DNA of 47,458 nt from an uncultured Methanosarcinales archaeon (GTDB taxonomy: Archaea; Nanobdellota; Nanobdellia; Woesearchaeales; CAZPJY01), in NCBI GenBank assembly GCA_964587045.1, contig CAZPJY010000012.1, positions 1 through 47,458 of the forward strand, read 5' to 3'. The position numbers and the translations under genes are program-made. A model generated the notes under the pieces. That model was not told where the DNA came from and did no database searches. It saw only the letters and a program-made list of their open reading frames with translations. This document shows positions 35,902-45,548 of the stretch, in pieces. How positions within the stretch are numbered: position 1 is the stretch's first letter; each line of letters opens with the position of its first letter.

Positions 35902-36552
35902 TCATTTGAAGTTCAGTTGGTAGATCTTCTTGCTGTCATCTATCAACTCAAGGGCTTCTGAAGGCTCGAGGCCTTCCATGTCCATGGTTGATATCGCCCT
36001 GGCCTTCTCATCGATTCTCTTGAGCAGCTCAGACTCAGGGAGCGTTTCATTTCTGTCTGCGATCATGACGAACGCCCTGATCTTGTAGTCTTCCATGCTT
36101 CTGAGCTGGGTATTGGAAGTGTCAAGCATGAGGCTTTTCTTGTCGACAGAGATTACGCCTGGACTGATATTGGAATAGGAGAAGTTGAAGCCCTGATCGA
36201 AGGTGAATTGGCCATCCTCAAGCTTGGCTACGAAATAGTGATAGTTGACAGTGTCGTGATATGTACTATGATAAGCCTTGAAAACGAAGAGGAGCGCCTC
36301 ATCATCCTGCGCTGTATGTATCAGTTGCGGACGTTCTTGGCTATACTTCGACTCCAGTTTCTCATAGAGTTCTTTTGGATATGATCTGACAGCCACCTCT
36401 TCGTCCGGGGTGACGAATGCGAGTTGGCTCTTGCTCACGACCAGCTCACCGAGATTCTTGCCGTCGATGGTTATCTCTTTCTTGTGTCTGCTGAGGTGTC
36501 GTCCGACATTAGCGAAAAGGTAATTGTCCAGTGTGGTTAGGGGGTTTTTCAT
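35902..36552 (-). CDS. Hypothetical protein
   Basis: 216-aa ORF with its own AT-rich upstream region; no motif recognised. Confidence 0.7.
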   Translation of the reverse strand: MKNPLTTLDNYLFANVGRHLSRHKKEITIDGKNLGELVVSKSQLAFVTPDEEVAVRSYPKELYEKLESKYSQERPQLIHTAQDDEALLFVFKAYHSTYHDTVNYHYFVAKLEDGQFTFDQGFNFSYSNISPGVISVDKKSLMLDTSNTQLRSMEDYKIRAFVMIADRNETLPESELLKRIDEKARAISTMDMEGLEPSEALELIDDSKKIYQLNFK

Positions 36553-36700
36553 ACAGGGTATTAAGAGTAGTGACTATATAAATTTTACTATTTTTTACCA
36601 CTAATAAGTAGTATCTTTTTCACATAATGGGTTTAGGGGGTCTGAGAGGCCAGTATTTCGCTATGTGAAATCTCAGAATTCATGCTCCAGAAGGCTTTAA

Positions 36701-37594
36701 TCACATCTTCTCAAGGCGCCTGATGCGCTCGTTGATATCGGGATGGGTGCTGAAGAGGCGGTTCACCGCGCCCTTGGTCTTCCTCATCGGGTTCTCGATG
36801 TAGAGATGTGCGGTTGCCTTGTTCGCGGAATCGACGAGCGTGTCGTGGTCGTCGCGAATCTTCTTCAGAGCCGAGGCGAGCCCAGGAGGATAGCGTGTGA
36901 GGAGCGCGCCGTTCGCGTCTGCCAAGAACTCGCGCTTCCTCGAGATTGCGAGGCGCATGAGCTGCGCGATGATAGGAGCCAGAATCGCCAGCACCAAGGC
37001 GACGACGATCAGTATCGCGCCGCCGTTGCCCTCACGCCTCCTGCCGCCCCCCCAAAGGAAGCTCCTGAGCATGAAGTCAGAGAGCAGCACCACAACGCCG
37101 ATCAGCACGGTCGTGAGCATCATTATCCTGATGTCGTAGTTCTTGATGTGGCTCAGCTCATGGGCGAGCACGCCCTCGAGCTCCTGGCGGTTCATCCTCT
37201 TCCTGAGCCCTGAGGTCACGCACACCAGGCTGTGCTGGGGGTCCCTTCCTGTGGCGAAAGCGTTCATCGACTCTTCCTCGATCATGTACACCTTGGGCAT
37301 GGGGATGCCTGCCGCGATTGACAGCCCCTCGACGGTGTTCCAGAGGTAGGGGTCGTCCTTCTTCTGTATCTCCTTGGCCTTCGAGACAGAGGTTATCATG
37401 TTCTGCCCGTTGTAGTAGCCGATGAGGCTGTAGATGATGCCGAATATGAAAGCTAATACGATCCCGAAAGTGTAGTCGCCGAGGAACACCTCGCCCAAAA
37501 GCCCGCCGAGCAGTATGATTATGAAAATGAAAAGCACCAAGAGCACGTAGCTCTTGGTCTTGTTCGCTCCGATCTGATCATAGAAATTAGGCAT
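36701..37594 (-). CDS. htpX: M48 zinc metalloprotease, HtpX family
   Basis: NAFATGR, GVLAHELSHI, AISRKREFLAD, LFSTHP. Confidence 0.95.
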   Translation of the reverse strand: MPNFYDQIGANKTKSYVLLVLFIFIIILLGGLLGEVFLGDYTFGIVLAFIFGIIYSLIGYYNGQNMITSVSKAKEIQKKDDPYLWNTVEGLSIAAGIPMPKVYMIEEESMNAFATGRDPQHSLVCVTSGLRKRMNRQELEGVLAHELSHIKNYDIRIMMLTTVLIGVVVLLSDFMLRSFLWGGGRRREGNGGAILIVVALVLAILAPIIAQLMRLAISRKREFLADANGALLTRYPPGLASALKKIRDDHDTLVDSANKATAHLYIENPMRKTKGAVNRLFSTHPDINERIRRLEKM

Positions 37595-38144
37595 CGAAGT
37601 CTACCTTGACAGGTTCCCTCTCCTTGCCTTCGGTCTTGAACAGCTCTTCTTGCTTGAAGCTGAGCATGTTGGCGAAGATGTTGTTCGGGAATTTCTGTAT
37701 GGCGATGTTGAACGCCATCACGCTGTCGTTGTAGAACTGCCTCGAGTAGGCGATCTTATTCTCAGTGCCTGAGAGCTCCTCCTGCAGCTGCATGAAGTTC
37801 TCATTGGCCTTCAGGGTCGGGTAGTTCTCCGCGACCACCATGAGCTTCGAGAGAGCTCCTGTCAGGGCGTCGCTCGCCTTGGCCTTCTCTGCGACCGAGT
37901 TGGCCTTGCCCATGCTGGCCCTAGCCTTGGTGACTTCGGTGAACAGCTCCTTTTCATGCTTGGCATAGCCCTTGACCGTCTTGACCAGGTTGGGGATGAG
38001 GTCGTAGCGCCTCTTGAGCTGCACGTCGATCTGGCTCCAGGCGTTCCTGACCCTTGCCCTCATGGTGATGAGCCTGTTGTACAGGAATATGATGAACAGG
38101 GCGATCACGCCTACTATTATTAAGATAATGACCCAGGTTTCCAT
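37587..38144 (-). CDS. lemA: LemA family protein
   Basis: Start METWV at 38144. NAWSQIDVQLKRRYDLIPNLV, ENYPTLKAN, TENKIAYSRQFYN. Confidence 0.96.
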   Translation of the reverse strand: METWVIILIIVGVIALFIIFLYNRLITMRARVRNAWSQIDVQLKRRYDLIPNLVKTVKGYAKHEKELFTEVTKARASMGKANSVAEKAKASDALTGALSKLMVVAENYPTLKANENFMQLQEELSGTENKIAYSRQFYNDSVMAFNIAIQKFPNNIFANMLSFKQEELFKTEGKEREPVKVDFDA

Positions 38145-38249
38145 GAAACCACCTCCTTGGCCCCTTGGAAGGCACATCCAGTATTTATTGGTTATGGATG
38201 GGATGTCCTTGATTACCTTTAAATAAAGACGAATTTCCCTCCCATCACT

Positions 38250-38735
38250 TTGCCTAGCAAAACTTTGAAAATCCTAAAGAAGGCCGGCCTGGCCGGCCTG
38301 TCGATATTTGCGTTCTCATTAAATTGGGCAGCAGGTCTGTGCGTTCTGAATATGGAAGCCTTGATAAATTCTCCTCCTGTCAGGGACGAGGTGCGTCTTG
38401 AGCAGCTCATTGAGGAGCAGAGGGAATTCCTTGACGTGCCTGAGGGTTGGAAGATATCCTTTAAGCTCCTCGCTGAGGATGCGGCTTGCTCAGAGTACTT
38501 CGGAAACGACAGCTTCGAGGTCAGAATTGGAGGCATATATGCTAATGAGAGTGTCGTCCAGCATGAGATGTATCACATAGCTGATGGTCATCATAAGAGT
38601 AACAGCAGGATTAAGGGTACGCCTTTGGGCATATTTAACATTAAGAACCCCATAACTCTCATGATGACACCGAAATACCTGTACTGGGACGAGCCACAGG
38701 CGACGGTTTATCAGGTATTCGGCTGGAAGCCCTAA
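38250..38735 (+). CDS. Hypothetical membrane-anchored protein with an HExxH motif (zincin-like)
   Basis: N-terminal hydrophobic stretch, VVQHEMYHIADGH, downstream EPQA. TTG start is uncertain. Confidence 0.6.
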   Translation: MPSKTLKILKKAGLAGLSIFAFSLNWAAGLCVLNMEALINSPPVRDEVRLEQLIEEQREFLDVPEGWKISFKLLAEDAACSEYFGNDSFEVRIGGIYANESVVQHEMYHIADGHHKSNSRIKGTPLGIFNIKNPITLMMTPKYLYWDEPQATVYQVFGWKP

Positions 38736-40933
38736 TACTCCCGGTCAAGAATGTCCCTGATGGCCTGCGCCTTCTTCTTGCCGATCTTCTCCACCTTCTC
38801 GAGCTCCTCGACCGGCGCGTTTGCAAGCGTCTTGATGGTTTTGAAGTGCCTCAGCAGGGGCTTTGCCAGCGTGCCTCCGACGCCGGGCAGCGAGGCCGCT
38901 ATGAACTCCTGCTGCTGCTCAGGCGTCATGGCCCTCTTCTCAGAGTGGGGGTGGAAGTCCTTGCCAGTCTCCTCCTGCTCCCTTCTGGCTATTACGCGGA
39001 GCAGCGCGGCAGTGTCTTTCGGGCCCTTGGTCGCGATGAGAGGGATGCCGTAGCTGACTGCTATGGTGGCTATCAGCCCGCGTATGGCGTTCGGGTGGAC
39101 GTTCCTGACCGAGTAGATGTCATCCTCGCCCTCGACGATGATTATCGGCCTTGCGAAGCGCTCCTTGAGCGACCTGACCTGCTCGAGCAGGCGCCCGTCC
39201 ACCAGGGAGTTTACGAAGTCCTTGACCGTCTTGTACTCCACGCCGACCCTGCTGGAGAGCAGGTAGTCTGCCGAGTCGAGGGTGTCGAGCTTTAGGTCGC
39301 ATCCCAGGTCTATCAGCTCCTTGATCACAGCCGAGCTCTTCTCCCTGTGGTCTGCGAACACCTTGACGCCGTCGTCGCCCACGTACCGGTCCAGGGTCGG
39401 CTGCTTGAAGCTGACCCCCTTGATGGTCTTGGTGAGGGCCTTTAGCGTGGAGAACATCCTCTTCTCCTTGTTCCTCGCGACGTAGTGGTACGCCTCGTCC
39501 CGGGTGTTGCGCGTCATGAGCACGATGACCCTTCCCTTCTCCTGCCTCCCGGTCCTGCCCCTCCTCTGGATCTGGCGGATGGCGCTGGGGACAGGCTCGA
39601 AGAAGACGACGAGGTCGACCTGGGGGATGTCCAAGCCCTCTTCGCCCACGCTGGACATGCATATCACGTTGAACTCGCCGGCGCGGAAACGCTCTAGCTT
39701 GGCCAGCTGCTCCTTTTGGGTGAGGCCTGTGCCGTTCCTCTTGGCCTGGCCGACGAACATCTCTGCCATGACGCTCGGGATTAAGTTGAGTGTGTTGGTA
39801 ATCTCAGAGAGGGATTCGCGGTACTGGTTGAAGACGATTATCTTGACTTTTGGGCTCTTTTCGGTCTCCTCCCTTATGATGGACTTGAGCTCTGTGAGCT
39901 TGGGATGCTCGAGACCCTTCTCGGAGAGGCTTGCCGCGACCGCCGCTGCCTGGGTGAAGTTCTGGTCCTTGGACAGGTTCTGGACAGCCTTGACCTTGCT
40001 CGTCGCCGCTTGCTTGAGCATGCCCTCAAGGTAAGTGCGAACAGGCGTCAGCCCCTGGGTCTCTATCAGCTCAAGGCCGTGCTGTACCTTCATCGCCTCG
40101 GCCGCAAGCGACATGGACTTGAGGATCTCGTAGTCCTTGTTCCCCCTGGCCACTTCGCCCTGCAGCCTGGCCTGGAGGGTCAGAATGTCCTTCCTGTTGA
40201 AGTTCGACACCTGAGCTGAGTCTATCACGCCGTGCTCCTTGAGCTGCTTCAGCTTGCTCTTGAAAGAGGCCTCCAGCAGGTCTTTTACCCTCTTGAAGTC
40301 GGCCGGAAGGTCGACCCTGCGCCACTCAATCTTCACGTCCTGTATGTACTGCCTGACGTCAGGGTCGTTGTCTGTGCGGACCTCGAGCTCCTCTATCGCC
40401 AGGTTCTCCATGACTTCCCTGATCCTGTCGGGGTCAGAGCCTGGCGAAGCGGTCAGGCCGACTGTGCGCGGGAACCTGGCGGTCTTCAGGTACTGCTTGG
40501 CTATCAGCACGTAGGAATAATCACCGGCGGCACGGTGGGCCTCGTCGAAGCCGACCAGGCTGACGTTCTCGAGGCTGATCCTCTTGGTGAGGATGTCGTT
40601 CTCTATGGCCTGCGGGGTCGAGAACACGACTCTCGCGCCTTTCCACAGCTCCTCACGCTTCTCCGGTTTCACCATGCCTGTGAAGACTGCCATGTCCTCT
40701 TTTGGGATCCGCGTGTCGCGCTCGAACACCATCCTGTACTGGTCTATGAGCGGCCTTGTAGGTCCGAGGAGGAGGATCTTCGATGAGGGGTACTGGGTCA
40801 GGCGGTGGAGAGCGAGCATCACGAAGATGTTGGTCTTGCCCAGGCCTGTGGGGAGGACTATGAGGGTGTTGGCCTTGGCGGCTGTCTGGAATATGGTCTC
40901 TTGGTAGAGCCTTGGCTTGAAGTCCTTGAGCAT
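38732..40933 (-). CDS. hef: Hef/FANCM-like SF2 helicase fused to an ERCC4 (XPF) nuclease and HhH domain
   Basis: PRLYQ, PTGLGKT, DEAH, LTASPG, EEGLDIP, QRRGRTGR; ADYLLS..VEYKT..DF; LPGVG. Confidence 0.95.
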   Translation of the reverse strand: MLKDFKPRLYQETIFQTAAKANTLIVLPTGLGKTNIFVMLALHRLTQYPSSKILLLGPTRPLIDQYRMVFERDTRIPKEDMAVFTGMVKPEKREELWKGARVVFSTPQAIENDILTKRISLENVSLVGFDEAHRAAGDYSYVLIAKQYLKTARFPRTVGLTASPGSDPDRIREVMENLAIEELEVRTDNDPDVRQYIQDVKIEWRRVDLPADFKRVKDLLEASFKSKLKQLKEHGVIDSAQVSNFNRKDILTLQARLQGEVARGNKDYEILKSMSLAAEAMKVQHGLELIETQGLTPVRTYLEGMLKQAATSKVKAVQNLSKDQNFTQAAAVAASLSEKGLEHPKLTELKSIIREETEKSPKVKIIVFNQYRESLSEITNTLNLIPSVMAEMFVGQAKRNGTGLTQKEQLAKLERFRAGEFNVICMSSVGEEGLDIPQVDLVVFFEPVPSAIRQIQRRGRTGRQEKGRVIVLMTRNTRDEAYHYVARNKEKRMFSTLKALTKTIKGVSFKQPTLDRYVGDDGVKVFADHREKSSAVIKELIDLGCDLKLDTLDSADYLLSSRVGVEYKTVKDFVNSLVDGRLLEQVRSLKERFARPIIIVEGEDDIYSVRNVHPNAIRGLIATIAVSYGIPLIATKGPKDTAALLRVIARREQEETGKDFHPHSEKRAMTPEQQQEFIAASLPGVGGTLAKPLLRHFKTIKTLANAPVEELEKVEKIGKKKAQAIRDILDREY

Positions 40934-41042
40934 AGCAATCACTAAGCACTGTTAGAAATGTCTAGTTTATTATTAAATATTATGCGGGCATGTCCAGTGG
41001 GAGTGCATAGACTTTAATATTGGCGCTTTTCCCGTGACAAGC

Positions 41043-41708
41043 ATGAGGACCATCTACGATGAAAACCTTATCCGAAGGCTGGAAAAGTACGCAAACGAGC
41101 CTCACGTAAAAGAAGTCTTCGACATCTTCGGAATTGATAATTGCTACCTGCTCGGCGGAGCAGTAAGGGACTCGATACTTGACGCCTACTATGACAAGCA
41201 TTACCCTGTCAGGGACATCGACATCCTGATCCATTCCGATGACCGGACATACCAAAAGATCAAGAGCAAACCAGGCATAGTCCAGAACTGGTACGGCAAC
41301 TACAAATGGAAGCTACCTTCAGGACGGGAGATAGACATCTTTCCGACTTCGATATACTGCCAGGAATTCACCATCGAGGAGGTTATCAAGAACGTCAACT
41401 TCACCACCAGCTCGGCCGCATACCTGTTCTCAGAACACAAAATCATCGACTACCTGTGCATGGAAAGCCTTTCTGCCTGGGAGATAGACCTCCTCAACGA
41501 CCACGGCGACGCCCCGTCCAACATGGCGCGCGGCATGATGCACTGGCACCGCTTCGGCTTCTCAATAGGGCCAAGGATGAGGGAGTGGATCAAGCAGAAC
41601 TATAATGATGAGACCCGCACCGAAATACGCTCATACCTTCACTACAAAAAGAAAAGCCATCTGGAACCCAGGATTATAGCAGAGCTGGAACGCATTCACG
41701 AGTCCTGA
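41043..41708 (+). CDS. Nucleotidyltransferase with a class II CCA/poly(A)-polymerase-like head domain; function uncertain
   Basis: YLLGGAVRD..RDIDI, IDIF, and NVNFT in place of RRDFT. Only about 220 aa. Confidence 0.75.
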   Translation: MRTIYDENLIRRLEKYANEPHVKEVFDIFGIDNCYLLGGAVRDSILDAYYDKHYPVRDIDILIHSDDRTYQKIKSKPGIVQNWYGNYKWKLPSGREIDIFPTSIYCQEFTIEEVIKNVNFTTSSAAYLFSEHKIIDYLCMESLSAWEIDLLNDHGDAPSNMARGMMHWHRFGFSIGPRMREWIKQNYNDETRTEIRSYLHYKKKSHLEPRIIAELERIHES

Positions 41709-42247
41709 AGCAGCTTGAGTGTGGCCTCGTCGACTTCCCCAAACGGCTTGGAAAAGCCAAAGCCTATGTTCAGTTTCTTCAGTTCCCTGAAAAGGTCTCC
41801 CAAGCCGGGACCAGGCTCAACGATGCAGTGCACGCCCACCCCTTTCTGCAGCAGGAACATCCACCTGCTGAACTCGGGAGCGGAGGACCTCACCAGCTGA
41901 TGCGTGCCGATGGGCGGCTCCACACCCTCTACCAGGATCATCCTGTCAGGGTCCTTCTCCCTGATAGTCCTCAACGCCTCGAAGGTAACTTGCTTCTCCT
42001 CGTCTATCCAGAAGCTGACGTTGAGGTCGTCAAAGTGCTTCTTAGCAATCTCCTTCCACTCAGCCCCCTTCGTGCGGATGCACACATGCATTTCGCGGAA
42101 GGCAGCCTCGTGTATCAAGGAGTCAAGGCCGTCGATATCGAAGGGCACGCTGACCCAGTCGAAGCCGAGGTTCGCCAGGAGGTCTAGATCATCTGGTCTC
42201 TCTTGGTAGACGAAGCCGCGCCACCGCGGCAGCGGATTGTACATCAT
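41696..42247 (-). CDS. Short, degenerate GH5 glycoside-hydrolase-like protein
   Basis: NPLPRWRGF, LGFDWVSVP, IREKDPDRMILVEG, GVGVHC, NIGF resemble GH5 segments. Only 183 aa and no NEP motif. Confidence 0.55.
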   Translation of the reverse strand: MMYNPLPRWRGFVYQERPDDLDLLANLGFDWVSVPFDIDGLDSLIHEAAFREMHVCIRTKGAEWKEIAKKHFDDLNVSFWIDEEKQVTFEALRTIREKDPDRMILVEGVEPPIGTHQLVRSSAPEFSRWMFLLQKGVGVHCIVEPGPGLGDLFRELKKLNIGFGFSKPFGEVDEATLKLLQDS

Positions 42248-42810
42248 ACCGCCTCGTCGTCATGACCTGGGGCGAGGATCTTGTAGTTGTACCCGACGAG
42301 CTTCGAGAGGCTCTCTCCCATCAGCTCAGGCGCAGAGGTTGGCAGGTCAGTCCTGCCGACGCCGTGAGAAAACATCGTGTCCCCGGAGAAGAGGATGCGC
42401 TCCTTTCCGTACCATATGCAAATGCTGCCGACTGTGTGCCCTGGCGTGTGGATGAACTCGAGGCCCTCGATTGGCGGCAGGTCGTCCAGCCGCACCTTGA
42501 ACTTGTCGAGGATTGAGGGGTCGACGACCGCGCCTGCGGGGTCGAGCTGGAAAGCCCTGCGCTCCTCGGGATGGCAGTGGAACGTCGCGTTGGGGAAGAG
42601 GTCCGCGTTGCCTATGTGGTCGAAGTGCAGGTGGGTGAAGATCACCTTCCTGACCCTGTCGAACGGGATGGCCTTCTCTAGGAACATGTGCAGCCTTGGG
42701 CCCTCAACCCTAGAAGAAGTGTCAATCAGAATGGGCTCGTCGAAATCCAGGAAGTAAACATTCCCGTTGGCAGTGAGCTTCCAGACCTGGGGAGCTATGA
42801 GCCTAATCAC
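42244..42810 (-). CDS. MBL-fold metallo-hydrolase (glyoxalase II-like)
   Basis: THLHFDHIG, HTPGHT.GS, LFSGDT, GRTDLP, PGH. GTG start at 42810 overlaps the upstream stop. Confidence 0.92.
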   Translation of the reverse strand: MIRLIAPQVWKLTANGNVYFLDFDEPILIDTSSRVEGPRLHMFLEKAIPFDRVRKVIFTHLHFDHIGNADLFPNATFHCHPEERRAFQLDPAGAVVDPSILDKFKVRLDDLPPIEGLEFIHTPGHTVGSICIWYGKERILFSGDTMFSHGVGRTDLPTSAPELMGESLSKLVGYNYKILAPGHDDEAV

Positions 42811-43217
42811 TTCCGCCGTCCCCCGACCCGCTTTGCTATCTCCCTTCTGACCCTTTGCCTGGCCTTGTCCCTGGCCATGACCCAGCTGATTATGATCTGG
42901 TCTAAGAGGTCGTCTATCATGTTGTGCATGTGCAGGATGTAGCTTAGGCAGTTGGCGAGTAGGAAGATCCCAAGGGTGACGAAGGCGTTGCCCCACAAGT
43001 CTCCAATAAGGTAGCCTATGACAAAGCCTATAATTATTAGGTAGACCTTGGCGTTGAGCATCTTCCTGCGCTCATAGATTATCCTTCCTGTGAGCAGGCC
43101 CATCAGGAACATCACGACGTTGCTCAGGAAGGCGTTGTGCAGGCCCAGGGCGATGAAGAGCCCAAAAGCCAGCAGGATCCAGAAGAACCGTTCTGGCCAG
43201 CTCTCATGCCAGGTCAT
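42807..43217 (-). CDS. Hypothetical membrane protein (about 4 TM)
   Basis: Start MTWHESWPE at 43217 (ATGA overlap). Hydrophobic segments and a basic tail. Confidence 0.8.
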   Translation of the reverse strand: MTWHESWPERFFWILLAFGLFIALGLHNAFLSNVVMFLMGLLTGRIIYERRKMLNAKVYLIIIGFVIGYLIGDLWGNAFVTLGIFLLANCLSYILHMHNMIDDLLDQIIISWVMARDKARQRVRREIAKRVGGRRK

Positions 43218-43939
43218 TTGTTCTCTACCCCGAAGATGAAGAAGAGCCACGCTGCGGCTGCGAGCACGAGCGCGCCCAGGATGGTCACGAACGGGTTCGC
43301 GAACTGTATCAAAAGTCCGACTGCCACGATGAACGCTGCTGAGAACACGTACAGCACCCTTGACTGGAATAAGATGCTTGCGCCGTTCAGAGGGGGGATA
43401 GGGAACATGGAGAAGACCGCGAGCAGTATGTTGAGCCTGATGAAGGCCTCGAGCATCCCTGTGGGTTCGCCGGAAAGGAGCCTTGCGATTAAAGCGAGCG
43501 CGATGTTCGCCAAAGGACCTGCGAGACTGACCCTTGACAGGTCGCCGAAGTTGAAGCCGTACCAGAACTTGCCCACGCGCAGCTTGGCCAGGTGCTGCAT
43601 TGAGATAGCCCCGACAGGCATGAAGAACAGGTAACCCCTGCTTATGAATGTCAGTATTACCCCTGCCAGCAGATGATAGGGGGTCATCCTGTAGTGCGGG
43701 TGGTAGCCCTTGCTGATGGCGACCGCCTTCTGCGCGTAGACATGCACGAGGACCGCGATAGCGCTGATGAACAGCGCCGCTATGAGGTTGGATAGCCCCA
43801 GACCCAGGTTGAAGGTCTCTGTGCCCCACTGGCGGAACGAGAACATGAAGGCTATGAGGGCGATGCTGACCACGAGGCCGAATGCCTCATACCTGCCGGT
43901 CGAGCAGTACTTCTCAAAGTTGTACAGGAGGTTCCTCAT
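43214..43939 (-). CDS. Site-2 protease (M50)-like membrane protein with degenerate catalytic motifs
   Basis: VSLAGPLANI and FPIPPLNG are M50-like, but the HExxH position reads HVYAQ and LDG reads LNG. Confidence 0.8.
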   Translation of the reverse strand: MRNLLYNFEKYCSTGRYEAFGLVVSIALIAFMFSFRQWGTETFNLGLGLSNLIAALFISAIAVLVHVYAQKAVAISKGYHPHYRMTPYHLLAGVILTFISRGYLFFMPVGAISMQHLAKLRVGKFWYGFNFGDLSRVSLAGPLANIALALIARLLSGEPTGMLEAFIRLNILLAVFSMFPIPPLNGASILFQSRVLYVFSAAFIVAVGLLIQFANPFVTILGALVLAAAAWLFFIFGVENK

Positions 43940-44642
43940 CCTTCTTCTCCTTCTTTCCAAACAAGGCGATAAGCCCAATAGCCATGATGGTGAGGGCGAC
44001 GAGCGCCGCCATCCCTATGAGCGCGTAGTCCATCCACGATGCAGGTTCGTTCTCCCCGGGCAGCTCAGGCTCTGCGGGGCTCTCCTGCTGCTTCTCCTTC
44101 TCCTCCACGTAGTCCTCGAAGCCCTTCTCGAACTTCCTGGAAGTCTTGTTCTCGACTGCCGCCTCGGTCATCTCGTCCTCATACTCCTCTAGGAAGGCGT
44201 CTTCGAGGCTCGAGTCCGGAGGGTTGTCTGACACCACGGCGGCTGCGCCAACCATGCCTCCCGAGCTGCCTTCGTCACCTCCCTCGTCAGGCGGTGAGGC
44301 CGGTGGTGTGAAGGTGAAATTCAGCTCCACTATCGCGAAAGCGGGCACCGACTCTATCTTGGTCGTAAGCTCCTCGCCCCGGTCGCTGACCATCCTGACC
44401 TCGAGGTCGACAGCGCCGTCCACTGGATCGGTCGTCACGACCTGGACGAACTCGCCGTTTGTGAAGGACTGGATGGGCTCTGCGGAAAACAGCGCCTCGT
44501 CGGTGCCGTGCCTTAGAGCCGTCAGGTAGAGAGTTGCGGAGCCTGCATTCTCGATGAAGCCATGCACGCTCGTGGGGACATATCCCACTCCTTGGACCAG
44601 CGGAACCATAATGAGCATCACGAGCAGTATTGAGTATCTCAT
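43914..44642 (-). CDS. Secreted acidic protein with a C-terminal TM anchor
   Basis: Signal peptide, ~95-aa beta domain, acidic/Pro linker, TM segment followed by KKEKK. Confidence 0.8.
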   Translation of the reverse strand: MRYSILLVMLIMVPLVQGVGYVPTSVHGFIENAGSATLYLTALRHGTDEALFSAEPIQSFTNGEFVQVVTTDPVDGAVDLEVRMVSDRGEELTTKIESVPAFAIVELNFTFTPPASPPDEGGDEGSSGGMVGAAAVVSDNPPDSSLEDAFLEEYEDEMTEAAVENKTSRKFEKGFEDYVEEKEKQQESPAEPELPGENEPASWMDYALIGMAALVALTIMAIGLIALFGKKEKKDEEPPVQL

Positions 44643-44648
44643 CTTGCA

Positions 44649-45536
44649 TCACACGAATATCGAATTGGTGTAGTTGATCGTATCGTTGACATTGACCTTG
44701 ATCCAGTAGCCCCTACCCTCCTTCATGTCTGTGAAGGTGTTGGCCACGGGGTTGATGTATATCTTGTAGGTGTCCTCGTCGTTGTCGAACCAGTAGACGG
44801 CCGACCAGCTGCCGTTTAGCGAGGCGATGACGTCTGGCACCAGCGTGCTTCCGGTGATGACCGGGAACCCGAGCAGGTTCCAGTCTCCCTCCAGCTCCTT
44901 TGAGAAGTTGGCCTGGACCGTGCCGCAGTTGATGAAGGAGACGTTCTGTAAAACGTTTATCCAGTAGGCGTTGCCCGTGGACATCTGGGTGAAGGTGTTG
45001 GCCACGGGGTTGATGTAGATCCTGTACATGTCGTCGTCGTTGTCGAACCAGTACACCGCCGACCACTTGGTGTCGATAGTGTGCAGAACCTCGGGCACAG
45101 TGGTGTTGTCAGGCACCGCAGGCAGGGATATGAGGTTCCAGTTGGGGGACATGTTGATAGTGTTTTTGCCTACAACCTCCTCGCTGTAGAAGATGTGCGT
45201 TCCGTTGTTGACCCTCACCCTGTAGTACCTGGTCTCGGTCGCGCTGGCGTTGGTGTCGTTGTACTCGTTGGTCATGATGTTGAGCACTTCCAGGCCGTCC
45301 TCGAAATCCAGCTCGCCCCCTGTGACGCCGTCGATGATGAGGAGGTCGTGCACGCCCCCTGGCCACGGTGTCCAGTTGACATAGAGCGTCTGGTTGTCGG
45401 CAAGAAGGGTTATGGTCAGGTTGAGGGGCTCTGTGAGGGTTGAGGCATTGTATACCCGGATTCCGACAGAGAAGTTTTGGGCGCTGACAAGTAGCACCAG
45501 CGGCAGAATCAACAGCAGGAGGAGCGCCCATCTCAT
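44649..45536 (-). CDS. Secreted protein with two 86-aa-period repeats (WNL..P / YWI), sequon-rich
   Basis: Signal peptide, about 15 N-x-S/T sequons, WSAVYWFDND.D.Y.IYINPVANTFT.M..G..YWI twice. Confidence 0.85.
   Translation of the reverse strand: MRWALLLLLILPLVLLVSAQNFSVGIRVYNASTLTEPLNLTITLLADNQTLYVNWTPWPGGVHDLLIIDGVTGGELDFEDGLEVLNIMTNEYNDTNASATETRYYRVRVNNGTHIFYSEEVVGKNTINMSPNWNLISLPAVPDNTTVPEVLHTIDTKWSAVYWFDNDDDMYRIYINPVANTFTQMSTGNAYWINVLQNVSFINCGTVQANFSKELEGDWNLLGFPVITGSTLVPDVIASLNGSWSAVYWFDNDEDTYKIYINPVANTFTDMKEGRGYWIKVNVNDTINYTNSIFV
44700..45140. repeat. Intragenic duplication, 258-bp period
   Basis: Identical 29-mer GTGAAGGTGTTGGCCACGGGGTTGATGTA at 44731 and 44989. Identical 20-mer TCGTCGTTGTCGAACCAGTA at 44776 and 45034. 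Confidence 0.9.
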
Positions 45537-45548
45537 ACTGCTTCCCTC

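Noticed and set aside
36553..36700. AT-rich spacer with TAATAAGTAGTAT, resembling the shared promoter element
   Set aside because: The match is short and gapped, and points away from the nearest downstream gene; not distinguishable from AT-rich background.
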